NCBI GenBank assembly: GCA_037834085.1
Contig: JBBMKC010086060.1
Location: 1-38,632 of the forward strand
Length of the DNA: 38,632 nucleotides
From: Bipalium vagum
Lineage: Eukaryota
Direction: 5' to 3'
The position numbers were made by a program, and so were the translations under genes. Position 1 is the stretch's first letter. Every line of letters starts with the position of its first letter. A model generated the notes under the pieces. That model ran no database searches and had not been told where the DNA came from. It worked only from the letters and a program-made list of their open reading frames with translations. Below are positions 28,001-36,826 of this stretch, piece after piece.

Positions 28001-31000
28001 CAATAGGATGTCGGAAATCTCTACGAACAATGGATACTATAATGCTCTGGTTTTTCAGACATTTTTTCATCAGCATTATTATCACAGTGAATGAAAGTGT
28101 CAATAATAATGGTGTATTAAAAAATAAACAGTCCTTGTTAACATTTAATCATTTTGTGCTTAGCATATTCCAAAATGTTTTTTTTTCTAAAAAAAAATAA
28201 TGTTCATTTTTAAAAAATTGCATTTAGTCAAAATTCCAAAAATAATAATAATTGTTCTTTTTATTTTTGAAATTGTAATTTTTGGATTTTCACTGAAATT
28301 GCTTCATTTAAACAACACTTAAACTTTACACTGTGAATGTATAATTTTATCTAAAAGAAAATATTTGGTTTTTACTTTCACGTGTTTTGATGTTCATCTC
28401 GTTATCGATGTTTTATTAATAATGATTAGAAAATCTTTCACTTTATCAATATTATCAAAATTCGTCATAAGCACTCTAGAGGTAAAAATCAATGGCTTGT
28501 CAGCCAATTTTCCGAAAGTATTAATTTTTAAAACAATGTAATTTTGACCAATCAAAATTTGATTAAATATTTTAATTATTTAATGTATAAATTATCGGTT
28601 ATCAGTTATTAATCGATTAATTTAATTCTAAACTTTGTATTGAGAAAAAATATTTTTTAAAAATAAGTTTTAGAAAATCATTTGTTTAAAAAAATTCCTT
28701 TTTTTATTACTGAAAATTTAATTTCTTATTTTAAAAAAATAACAGACATTATTGATTTTAAAGTTAAATTGTATTATTTATTTTTATTTTAGTATTATTC
28801 GTACATGGTAAAGGAAATAAAAAAACTGTTAGACAGAATTAATTAAGATGTGTTATAATTTTGAGCTTTAAAAGTTTTAAAATATCAAAGTCTGAGTTTT
28901 TTCATAATTTATAATTAAAATAATTGATTTTTTATACTACATTTGTCCCTTCTCAGTTATATAAAATATTCAATGATTTTTTCCTCCGAATTTCTTTTAT
29001 TAATTCTGAGTCCTTTCAAATTTGTAAAGTTTTTCTCGTTATTTTAATATTATCATTTTTAATACTTCTGAAATTTTCAATTATCTTTAAAAAAAATCAG
29101 AGGAGAAAATGGTTCCAAGAAAGATCTTATCGATGTGGCCAAAGCCATAGCTGAAGCTTCAGAAGAAGTAACTCGGTGCGCAAGAAAACTCGGTGAAGCA
29201 TGTACAGATATTAGAATTAAAAATGTTAAAAGAAATAATTAGTAAAGAAAATTAAGTTACTTTAACCTTCAGAATTTGTTGCAAATTTGCAACCGGATAC
29301 CTACCATAGGTACACAGCTGAGAATTCTATCTACTGTCAAAGCAACAATGTTGGGAACCCAAGGTAAGATAAACCGTTGTAACAAATCAATATTATTATT
29401 ATTGATATTGTAACATGAGCTGGTCTAAAGGATTAACACCTATATACCCCTAACCCTAACCCAAACTGAACTTGTAATGCTTAATATGTTAAAATCTTCA
29501 TCTATTCTGTGTGAAAGCGAATGGGAAATTTTGTGAATTTATCTGAATATATTTTCCAGAAATTGACAACGAAGAAAAGGTTTCGGTTAATGTTTTTGCA
29601 ATGATTTTTTGACAAAAATATTTTATGTTTTTGTTTTGTTCCAATTGTTTAACATTTTTTCTATTCCTCTTTTCACAATATTATTTATTTATTTTTATTA
29701 TTTTTAAAAATTATAAGTATTACATATAATTTTAATCCCATGTTTCATTGAAAATTGTACTTTATCAAAAGTTCAAAGTTAATGTGTGACATAAATTAAT
29801 GATTGAAAATTATACAAAATAACTTTGATGTTTTGTGGTTTATAATAAAGGTAATAAATAAATTATTAATAATAATAATAAATAATGATGATAATAATAA
29901 TAATAATAAAATAATAATAATAAATATATTAATAAAACTGTTTAATTATATTAATATCCTGAAGACCAAAATTATTGATCAACGTGCTTTACTCGGGAGA
30001 AATATTTAGTACCAATTTCAAATTTGAACACACGGTTACATCTTATACTTGTACTGATGGAGGGCATATTGAGCAATTCCTGTAACATACATATTAAAAA
30101 GCTTCCACTCCTCTAATTTTATTTCATTTGAATGTTCAGTGTTGTACTTATAATAAAAAATATAAACAATATTTGTAATCGTTCCAGATTTTTGAAACAC
30201 CCGGTGTAGATTGTCTTTAATTTGGATCTTTGTAAGAAAACTATTGAGAAAAACAATGAGAATTTCTTTGAAGACAATGAGATCTTTATTATTATAAAAA
30301 AATTCAAAAATTATTCTTTGTTCTGATAAATGGAACAAATTGAAATTTTCTGTTTAATTACTTTATCTATATATTTTTTTTAATTCTTAACTTTTTTTTA
30401 ATATTTTGATAAATTTCATTTGATTATCGAAACGAATTTATAATCAATATTTTAGTTTTAATGAAATTTTTTTCGTATTGATTAACTTTCAAATTCATCT
30501 TTGATTTTCGTAAACTTAAGGTTTCAAACGTCCTGACTCTGAAATCGTATTACAAAAGATGGTCGTCTTCATCAAATCGTTGAATACATTTAGTTGATAT
30601 TTTAATTCAGCACGTTATTATTAAATAATTAATTTATAATAAATTAAAATTAATCGATACAGCCTCCCCCCATTCGTCCCCGTTTAGAATGTGTTGGTTT
30701 ATTTGTTTTAAATGATGCATAAACTGAATATTTTAATAGCAAAAAGCATAGAAAGCTTTTGCTTTATGAGAATAAATGTGTAACAAACTTTATTGTTGGT
30801 ACGTATTCATCTAATTTCTTATGTAATATTTTGAAATCATATCTTGTAAGGGAGCTCTGAAAAGTTGAGATTATTATTTTAATTTTCTGAAATAGATTGT
30901 GATTCCATTCAACGAATCAGAATTTTGTTTTAATCATTTACTGTGTAATATTTTTTTATTATCAGAAGATATTGATGATCAATCAGAGGTTGTGACGACC

Positions 31001-33731
31001 TTTACACAAGATGAATCTGAACTTAACTGTGGTAAAAATATTGAGCATGTCATTGATGTTTTTTATTGAATGAAATTGCAAAAGCTTGCTCTTTGTTGCT
31101 TTGGTACACTGCTTTCCAAAGAATATAAATATTCACTAGAATTTCTTCCAAATTATGACCCGATATTTTCGTTTCACTTTCTCACTTGCTTTACACCTTT
31201 TTTACTTCACTCATCAAAGTCACCGGTCAGAGTAAATATTTTGTCAATTTGACTATGCGATTTGTGGAGCTGCAAATGCAAAATGAAAAGAAATGTTCAT
31301 TTATATCTCCTTGGTCTTGGTTCCTTGGAATATTTTAATTTTATATTTTTTTAATTGCGAAATAATATTATGTTGTCAAGAATAAAAAAGACGAATAAAA
31401 TTTTTTGTTTTACCAACAATAAATAGATGATCATTTATGTATCTACCATCTTTACCCGTAATTTCTCCCTCAAGTGTTTTACGTTGTAGTGAAAGAATTC
31501 GGTTCGATCTATTCGAACCGAGTTCTGGTCTGTGTTATATATCAAATTTCTCTTTTTATTTGATTTATCTCTTCTGAAGTTTTCAAACCACCTTCGACAT
31601 TGTTAATGTCTAATAACTTCCTTTACATCTTTGAAGTTTTTTAGGTGTCTGATGTACTGAAGTTTTTTCTAAAACTATACATAAATCATTTGACCCGATT
31701 AATTTGTAAAATTATTATCGTACTTTGTTCCTTTTAAAGTTGTGCTGTCAAATAAATGAATTTGATAAGCATAACATAAAAATATTATTTCTTGACAGCC
31801 TAATATGTAAAGTAAGTTAATGCTGCATGTTTTTTATATTTTATCATTATTACTATTTTTATTAACATCATCAAATTTATTCCTTAATAAATTTTACACA
31901 TTTTTCTGCTATCATAAATCTGAATATTAAAACAAATTTTAATTGACAAACCATCGGAATGCTTTATTATTGTTAGTTTACATTTAAATTCCAAGTTTAT
32001 AATATTTATTTAAACTATATTATTATGAATTTATAATATTTATTTAGATTTTTTTATTATCAAAACTTTTGGTTTGTGCAGGGTGTGTATTAAGTAAGTA
32101 TAGGAATTCTTAACTCAGGATATATATCACAGTTAAATACATTCAATTTACATTTTTCTATTTCTTAGATGTTTAATTGTTTTAATATATCGATTTTATC
32201 CAATTTAATTACAGTAAATTCAAATTTCGATAATGTTCAATATTAAAGAAAGAGTACAAGTTGTTTTCCTGATAACTAAGATAAAATCAGTCATATGAAT
32301 CAGCTGGCATTTAGAAAATTTGAAATGGAAAAAGATACCTACAGCGTTGACAATGAAGAACATATTTTCAATTTTCAAATAGACTGAGGGTGTTTGTGAT
32401 CTTTAGAAGTCTGGAAGACCATCGATTGAAGATGAAACAATATGCGAAATAAATCAGATTTGTGAAGAATTATCTGAGAATTCGCAGTGAACTTCTATTA
32501 AACAACTTTGATGTAATTTTAAAACTGTACGCAATGTAGTACGAAAAGATCTTCAACTTTATTTATTATAAAACTTGACGATGACTATGATCAAAGAATT
32601 GCAATGTTCAAAAGCCTGATTAATGAAAATGACAATAATTCATCTTTATTTAAAAACATGATTTTCACTGATGAAGCGACCTTTTCCTTAAATGGATATG
32701 TCAATAGGCACAATTGCCGAATTAAGGACATTGAACCTCCTAAAGAAATTATATCACAGTCCCACTCAAGTTCAAAAGTTAATATTTGGATGGGTATTTC
32801 AATGTCCCGTGTTTATGATCGCTTCTTCTTTCATGAGAATGTAAACTAATACAACTAATTAAACATGTTTAATTCTGGCTTCATTTCACAACTTTATCAC
32901 AGAATTAAATTTAAAATAGTTCTTCAACAAGTTGAAGTACCTGCTCACTATTCACGTCTTACAAGAGATTTTTTAAACATCAATTTTCAAGGAAGATGGA
33001 TTTTCAAGGCTGGACCGTTTCAGTGGGCTTCCAGATCACTGGACCTAACATCTTTTAATTTCTTCATTTGGAACATCTGAAGACACAGTTATATAGAAGA
33101 AAAAGAAAAGTTATCCAAGACCTGAAAGATAAAATTCAAATGGAGGCAGCTGGAATAACACCAGAAATATGACAAAATGTAATGAATGACTTCTATAACC
33201 GCTTATATATGTGTATTAGAGTTAGCGTCATTCTGAAGAAAAATGTTAAATTTGAAAAAATAAAGGTTTGTGTCAAAAATTTGCAGTCTCATGTCGTATA
33301 TACTTTACGGTATCGCATTTTAAAATCGAATGCTTACTTTATGCACACCCTGCAATTTAAATGTAATTTTAAAATAAAAATTCAGATGATTAATTATTAA
33401 TATTTATCATTATTACTGTTTAGTAATTTTCAATAAATTCCAAAAGATAATATATAATTATATAATAATAATAATACTTTTGAATAAGTGTACTCATTTG
33501 AAGTCAAAAACAGATTTATTCTGAAATCAGTGTGTCATTCTTAATTTGAACTATCCATCAACTACTTTTCTGACATTTGTTGATCAAGATCAGTTTTGAT
33601 TAAGATCACATTCTAATAAACAAATTGTACGTGAGAAATGATATATTTTACACATAAAAATCGACTGTGGCAACCATATCCACATGGCTTGATTTTCACA
33701 TCAGTAGAAAATATTTTAACCACCATTTGTA

Positions 33732-33783
<52 letters not shown>

Positions 33784-34069
33784 CGATAATAAATATAAAA
33801 ACTGTGTCAATTCATAAATTTCAAGAACCGCATGATTGATTCTGAGTGGAAAATATTGATCGTAGCAAGATTTATGAAATGTGTCTTTAGGGTCTGATGA
33901 GGATCACGAGGCCACGGAAATGTTGGTTGGCAACGCTCAGAATTTAATGCAAAGTGTAATCGATACGGTACATGCTGCTGAGGCGGCTAGCATAAAATCG
34001 AGGGTAGACAGCGGTTATACGGTACGTTGGTGCAAAAGGAAACCTTGGTATCAATCAAAGCTGGCATAA
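3094..34069 (+). CDS. VCL: Vinculin, multi-exon gene, 5'-partial. Core exons: 3094-3239, 9126-9297, 11264-11484, 11558-11725, 15788-16136, 17654-17871, 20304-20399, 20530-20716, 20767-20964, 21055-21243, 25886-25956, 26022-26137, 29101-29224, 29273-29363, 33891-34069. Candidate cassettes: 22521-22742 and 30966-31031
   Basis: The spliced translation is collinear with vinculin: [22 protein letters not shown]..., [112 protein letters not shown]...[10 protein letters not shown]. All introns are GT-AG with matching phases. Confidence 0.97.
4570..5250 (-). mobile_element. Decayed mariner transposon
   Basis: Minus strand [12 protein letters not shown] (LLHDNARPH) and [18 protein letters not shown]. 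Boundaries approximate. Confidence 0.75.
6330..6830 (+). mobile_element. Decayed mariner transposon
   Basis: [24 protein letters not shown], and C-terminal DSTGDYFIE*. Confidence 0.75.
8220..8520 (+). mobile_element. Mariner transposase 3' fragment
   Basis: LLQENALFH...MGFETLTH...[19 protein letters not shown]. Confidence 0.75.
8570..8906 (+). mobile_element. Tc1/maT-like transposon 3' fragment
   Basis: [16 protein letters not shown] (cf. SPDLNPLDYYLWG), ending in TIR-like ...gaccctgTA. Confidence 0.6.
9126..9297 (+). CDS. VCL: Vinculin exon (D1; [57 protein letters not shown])
   Basis: Acceptor cttAG, donor G|GTAGAT, phase 0 to 1. Matches [25 protein letters not shown]...LPVLISAMK. Not in the ORF track. 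Confidence 0.92.
10020..10492 (+). mobile_element. Internally deleted mariner-like element with long inverted arms
   Basis: Inverted repeats of about 60 bp (10020-10080 and 10433-10492) enclose transposase remnants ACRRWIARF and [12 protein letters not shown]. Confidence 0.6.
11073..11123. repeat. (TTA)n microsatellite
   Basis: Perfect trinucleotide run. Confidence 0.95.
11264..11484 (+). CDS. VCL: Vinculin exon (D1/D2; GNCDQ...[24 protein letters not shown]...QWFSNNQ)
   Basis: Acceptor tgtcAG, donor CAG|GTTGGT. KNRN..EIIRVL motif. Confidence 0.92.
11558..11725 (+). CDS. VCL: Vinculin exon (D2; [22 protein letters not shown]...MCDLQRKGE)
   Basis: Acceptor ttcttAG after a 73-nt intron, donor GAG|[13 protein letters not shown] resembles DLRARGQ. 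Confidence 0.88.
12600..13730 (-). mobile_element. Probable decayed Helitron (Rep/PIF1-helicase) fragment
   Basis: Collinear degenerate motifs on the minus strand: NGA*ISAS (GRYISASEA), ARVMYV...FSLLLTSV (GRMYYV..FYLRLLL), GLFVIGGNG (FFIDGPGGTGKT), SGNFQKFHP (GDFRQILP). Confidence 0.45.
13882..15518 (-). mobile_element. Decayed near-full-length mariner
   Basis: TIR pair ttgggttgacaagaaagtaattgc and gcaattaatttcttactaatctat. ORF remnant [17 protein letters not shown]...[12 protein letters not shown]. Confidence 0.85.
13954..14394 (-). mobile_element. Tc1 (DD34E) deletion derivative nested in the mariner
   Basis: TA-flanked TIRs (...aaagtcttcggccacctagtaa and ttactaggtgactgaagacttt...cagtg). 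Motif [18 protein letters not shown]. Confidence 0.8.
15788..16136 (+). CDS. VCL: Vinculin exon ([12 protein letters not shown]...[19 protein letters not shown]...NNLAMQ)
   Basis: Acceptor tgtAG, donor T|GTAAGA. Matches HLEGKIEQAQRWIDNP. Confidence 0.92.
17654..17871 (+). CDS. VCL: Vinculin exon (D3; [16 protein letters not shown]...DQVAENFID...[14 protein letters not shown])
   Basis: Acceptor ttttcAG, donor AAT|GTAATA. Resembles QEVSDVFSD...NREEVFDERAANFE. Confidence 0.9.
18000..18560 (-). mobile_element. Mariner transposase fragments
   Basis: N-terminal YEFRF..INEASG-like remnant and [11 protein letters not shown] (cf. PFLDRIVTCDE). Confidence 0.6.
19023..19060. repeat. (TA)n(TG)n compound microsatellite
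   Basis: Directly visible. Confidence 0.95.
19065..19400 (-). mobile_element. Possible Merlin (IS1595-like) transposase remnant
   Basis: Collinear remnants II*IDESNL (VQIDES), [11 protein letters not shown] (GPWVFG), KRNRAET (RRDAATL). Confidence 0.4.
20304..20399 (+). CDS. VCL: Vinculin exon ([32 protein letters not shown])
   Basis: Acceptor tttttcAG, donor GAG|GTATGT, phase 0-0. Confidence 0.85.
20530..20716 (+). CDS. VCL: Vinculin exon ([17 protein letters not shown]...[34 protein letters not shown])
   Basis: Resembles LTPQVVSAARILL...EHFETMKNQWIDNVEKMT. AG/GT boundaries. Confidence 0.92.
20767..20964 (+). CDS. VCL: Vinculin exon (D4; [10 protein letters not shown]...[28 protein letters not shown]...)
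   Basis: Follows a 50-nt intron. IARRANRI and EDP motifs. Confidence 0.93.
21055..21243 (+). CDS. VCL: Vinculin exon (end of D4 and start of hinge; [10 protein letters not shown]...[29 protein letters not shown])
   Basis: Resembles TISPMVMDAK...AVAKVREA. Donor G|GTAAAT. Confidence 0.92.
22521..22742 (+). CDS. VCL: Candidate Ser/Thr-rich hinge exon of vinculin (74 aa, phase 1-1, skippable)
   Basis: Acceptor tacctttaAG with an in-frame stop just upstream, 222-bp open frame, donor ACAG|GTATTC. In frame with both neighbours and GC-richer than its flanks. I recognise no homology. Confidence 0.65.
23850..25671 (-). mobile_element. Decayed piggyBac-like transposon
   Basis: End ...ggcagtcaatgtgTTAA, a typical piggyBac terminus. 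Minus-strand remnants IDSMVI (IDESMV), YRQYTKK, KQRHKYK (KRHKYG), KTIFF. Left boundary uncertain. Confidence 0.5.
25886..25956 (+). CDS. VCL: Vinculin exon (strap; [24 protein letters not shown])
   Basis: Acceptor cttttcccctgtAG, donor TTG|GTAAAG. FP...NQP motif. Confidence 0.88.
26022..26137 (+). CDS. VCL: Vinculin tail exon (H1-H2; [39 protein letters not shown])
   Basis: Strong match to [38 protein letters not shown]. Confidence 0.96.
26364..27714 (-). mobile_element. Decayed, internally deleted mariner
   Basis: TIR-like ends tattggattgggaagaaagt and acttttccgtcacccaata. HTH remnant [26 protein letters not shown] at about 27280-27370. Confidence 0.7.
29101..29224 (+). CDS. VCL: Vinculin tail exon (H3; [41 protein letters not shown])
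   Basis: Resembles [38 protein letters not shown]. Phase 2 to 0. Confidence 0.95.
29273..29363 (+). CDS. VCL: Vinculin tail exon (H4; [30 protein letters not shown])
   Basis: Near-identical to [28 protein letters not shown]. Preceded by a 48-nt intron, donor G|GTAAGA. Confidence 0.97.
29955..30207 (+). mobile_element. Tc1/rosa-like transposon 3' end
   Basis: C-terminal DGGHIEQFL* followed by TIR-like tttgaaacacccgg. Confidence 0.6.
30966..31031 (+). CDS. VCL: Candidate 66-bp acidic cassette exon in the vinculin tail H4-H5 loop ([22 protein letters not shown])
   Basis: Acceptor tttttttattatcAG, 66 bp open in the required phase, donor TGTG|GTAAAA. Phase 1-1 matches the host intron. Confidence 0.65.
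32079..33352 (+). mobile_element. Full-length but inactivated DD41D (rosa/Visitor) Tc1-mariner element
   Basis: TIRs cagggtgtgtattaagtaag and cttactttatgcacaccctg. ATG at 32233. Motifs [30 protein letters not shown][V]EVPAH...GRWI...[11 protein letters not shown][N]FFIW, with 41 residues between the two mutated catalytic positions. Confidence 0.9.
33733..33783. repeat. (TTA)n microsatellite
   Basis: Directly visible, with one interruption. Confidence 0.9.
33891..34069 (+). CDS. VCL: Vinculin last exon (H5 and C-terminus; [23 protein letters not shown]...[14 protein letters not shown])
   Basis: Acceptor tctttAG, canonical vinculin C-terminal motif, TAA stop. Confidence 0.97.
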
Positions 34070-34224
34070 TTACTTTGGAAAGCAGTTCATTTTCACAATT
34101 CCTGAAAATTTTCTGAAACAAATATTCTGTGGAATCACACTTCGTCTCAAAACGACATTTCTATGGTTATTAATGTTTGATTGGCGTATTATGTGTATTT
34201 TATCTCAGTAACGTTTTTTCTATA

Positions 34225-34230
34225 AATAAA
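34225..34230 (+). promoter_or_regulatory. Putative polyadenylation signal of vinculin
   Basis: AATAAA about 155 nt after the stop, followed by T/GT-rich sequence. Confidence 0.5.
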
Positions 34231-36088
34231 TATGCTTTATTGTCTTTGGCTCTGAACTCCTTTGTTGAGAATGGATCTTCCCACTAACTGTAAGTAGTGT
34301 TTGATTTTTTGGTTATGGTTAAATATAAGGCATAATAATAAATTGGAAATGTTTCAACCTCATCCACAAATTTTAAATAAAAATTTAAAACTACAAAGTT
34401 TTCTTTATCGGGAAAAATGTTCTGGTATGCTCGCCATCCATCAGTCATAAAAAAGTATCATTTTGAATATGATGGATAAGTGCATGTCGCATACTAATTC
34501 GATATCGTTTTGAAACATTTAATTACCGAATCTTTTGATATAGTATCAATCATTATTACAACCAATTTCTCTGGATTGTACTTTTGCTTATTTATTAGCC
34601 TGAACAATATGACTAGATCCACCTAAAGTGATATTTAGTCCATCCATATGCTTCATAATGGAAATTTATATAAAGATTTACTATTTAAACAAACTAAAGT
34701 AACTTATATTTAACCATAACTGATTTTCTGATATTCTCTTGTTTTTTTTTATAATTTAAAATTAAACTCAGAAAAGAAAATTTTATTTCCATTATCAAAC
34801 GCCCTCGAAACAGTTTCAGCAACATTGCATAATTGTATTTTTTCGATTTATTATTCTGTGCGATAATTTAATTAATCAACAAAATAATTATGTCCGTCCA
34901 CTAGTTTCCCTTTTGCCAGCCCTAATCTGATTGGTTAAAAATCTTAATATTTCATACGCTGAAAGAGTACTTCAATATTTGATGGTTTTAGGAATATTGT
35001 TTTGGCAATTTATGCGATATTTTTGTAAGATCTTGGGAAAGCAGAAAGGTTGTCGAATATTTGTTTTAATTTAAGCCTAGAGTATTTTAGTGAAATTATT
35101 ATGTTTTTAGTCAAAAAATATTACGATCGAAATTTTAATTGACATGTCAGTGGGAAATTGAAATGTGATCTTCTTAAAACTTGAAAGATTTGAACATTTT
35201 TTTATAACAATATGCATTTTTTGTTTAAAAAATAAGGATCTTTTACCTTTTTTCCCCACGTGGGATTTTTATGGGGGGGGAACGGAAAAGGCTATTTTGA
35301 CAATGTTAAATTCTATTTTGGCAAAATTTTAATTACAACAAACTTAATATTGTCAAAATAGACCTTTACAATTTCAAAATAGAGGTGAAAACGGTGTATA
35401 TAAATATGTTAATAATTTGCATTATATACATAAAAACATGCATGATCATTATTATCAGAAAAATCTGTACTGGTACAACAGATGTAATTGTTAATTACCT
35501 TTTTCCAAAAGTGTTTTTAAACAGTGTTTACCATGTCAATGCTGTGTCAATGCAATGCAAGCCATATACAAGAAATGAGGATGGCGTAGCATTTAGGTGA
35601 ACGGAAACAACATGTGCCAATTATAAAAAATAAATTAACATACGGACAAGTTTTATTTTCCAGAGATATCGATTTTATTTAAGTACTGGTTTGAAGTTGC
35701 TGTGGAAATAGACAATAAATGAAAAGTTCGATTTTTATCTGAAAGAATGGATGTGGAAGGATAATGTTTTCAATGATGATTGGAACAATGTATTGAATCT
35801 AATAAAAGTTTAATTGTTTTTTATATATTGGTTTAATTTAATTTTTTTATTAGGGGAAAAAAGGAAAAGATTTTTAATGAGGGTAAAAAGGGGAAAGATA
35901 ATTAATTGGGGGAAAAAATCAAAAAATAAAATTTAAATTTAATATCCGAAAAAATGGAGAACATTGTGATTTTTTATATTGTTAGTCGTTATAAATATGG
36001 CGGCTTTGACGGATTAAATTTCGTCTCGTTTTTAGGGCAGTTAAAGTAATCGCATGATTTATTAGAAAATGGACTAGCTGCATATGAT

Positions 36089-36580
36089 ATTAGGTCGTTC
36101 CAAAAGTCTATGGAAAAGATAATTAGAACAAAAAAGTATTTTATAAAAACACACAAATATTTTTATCAGTTATATGGTGCCTATCGACATCAAATATGGT
36201 CTGTCAGCCTTTAGGTTTACGTTTGAAGAAATTTTGGTTTTTTCGGAGAAATACGTGTAGTTGACATTTTTGATCTCACATTTTTCACTGAAAACATGTT
36301 TCCCTTCAAAAAGTGATACAGTGATATGAACAGATGATAATCTTTCTGTGCCATATCTGGAGGCAGGAGTTCCCAACAAAATTCTTTCAGTTTAATGGTG
36401 GCAGTTGCCTTCTGGCTGTCTAATGGAATCACGCCTTTTCGGTTGAGTAGAGATGGTTTCGTACTTGTAAACCTATCACATAGTCGATTTAATTGACTAC
36501 TTTACACATCACTGGTAATAGTTTTGCCCATATCGAGAATTTCCAAATATATTATACCTTTCATACCCCACTATACAGAG
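36089..36580 (-). mobile_element. Mariner 3' fragment
   Basis: WELLPPDMAQKDYHLFISLYHFL. TIR-like tattaggtcgttccaaaagt. Confidence 0.75.
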
Positions 36581-36826
36581 AAAAAAACTTTTATCTCTTT
36601 AATTGAAAAAAATTAAAATAAACATACATAGAACTTCTAAAAATATATTTATTAATTATTAATAATTATACAGATATAGGTAGTAGATACGGTTCTCCTT
36701 GGGTTATTATTGTATTTTTGAATATTTGCAATAATATATTTTATTTGATATTTGATATTATTCTATTATAATCTTGAATATTTAAAAAATAATAAAAATA
36801 AATAAATAATGGTAATAATATTAATA

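Noticed and set aside
34055-34066. Peroxisomal PTS1 (SKL) on vinculin
   Set aside because: SKL is followed by Ala before the stop, and PTS1 must be terminal.
3094-34069. Alpha-catenin or alpha-catulin identity
   Set aside because: The internal WLANP repeat, [21 protein letters not shown] and the terminal RW..KPWYQ are vinculin-type.
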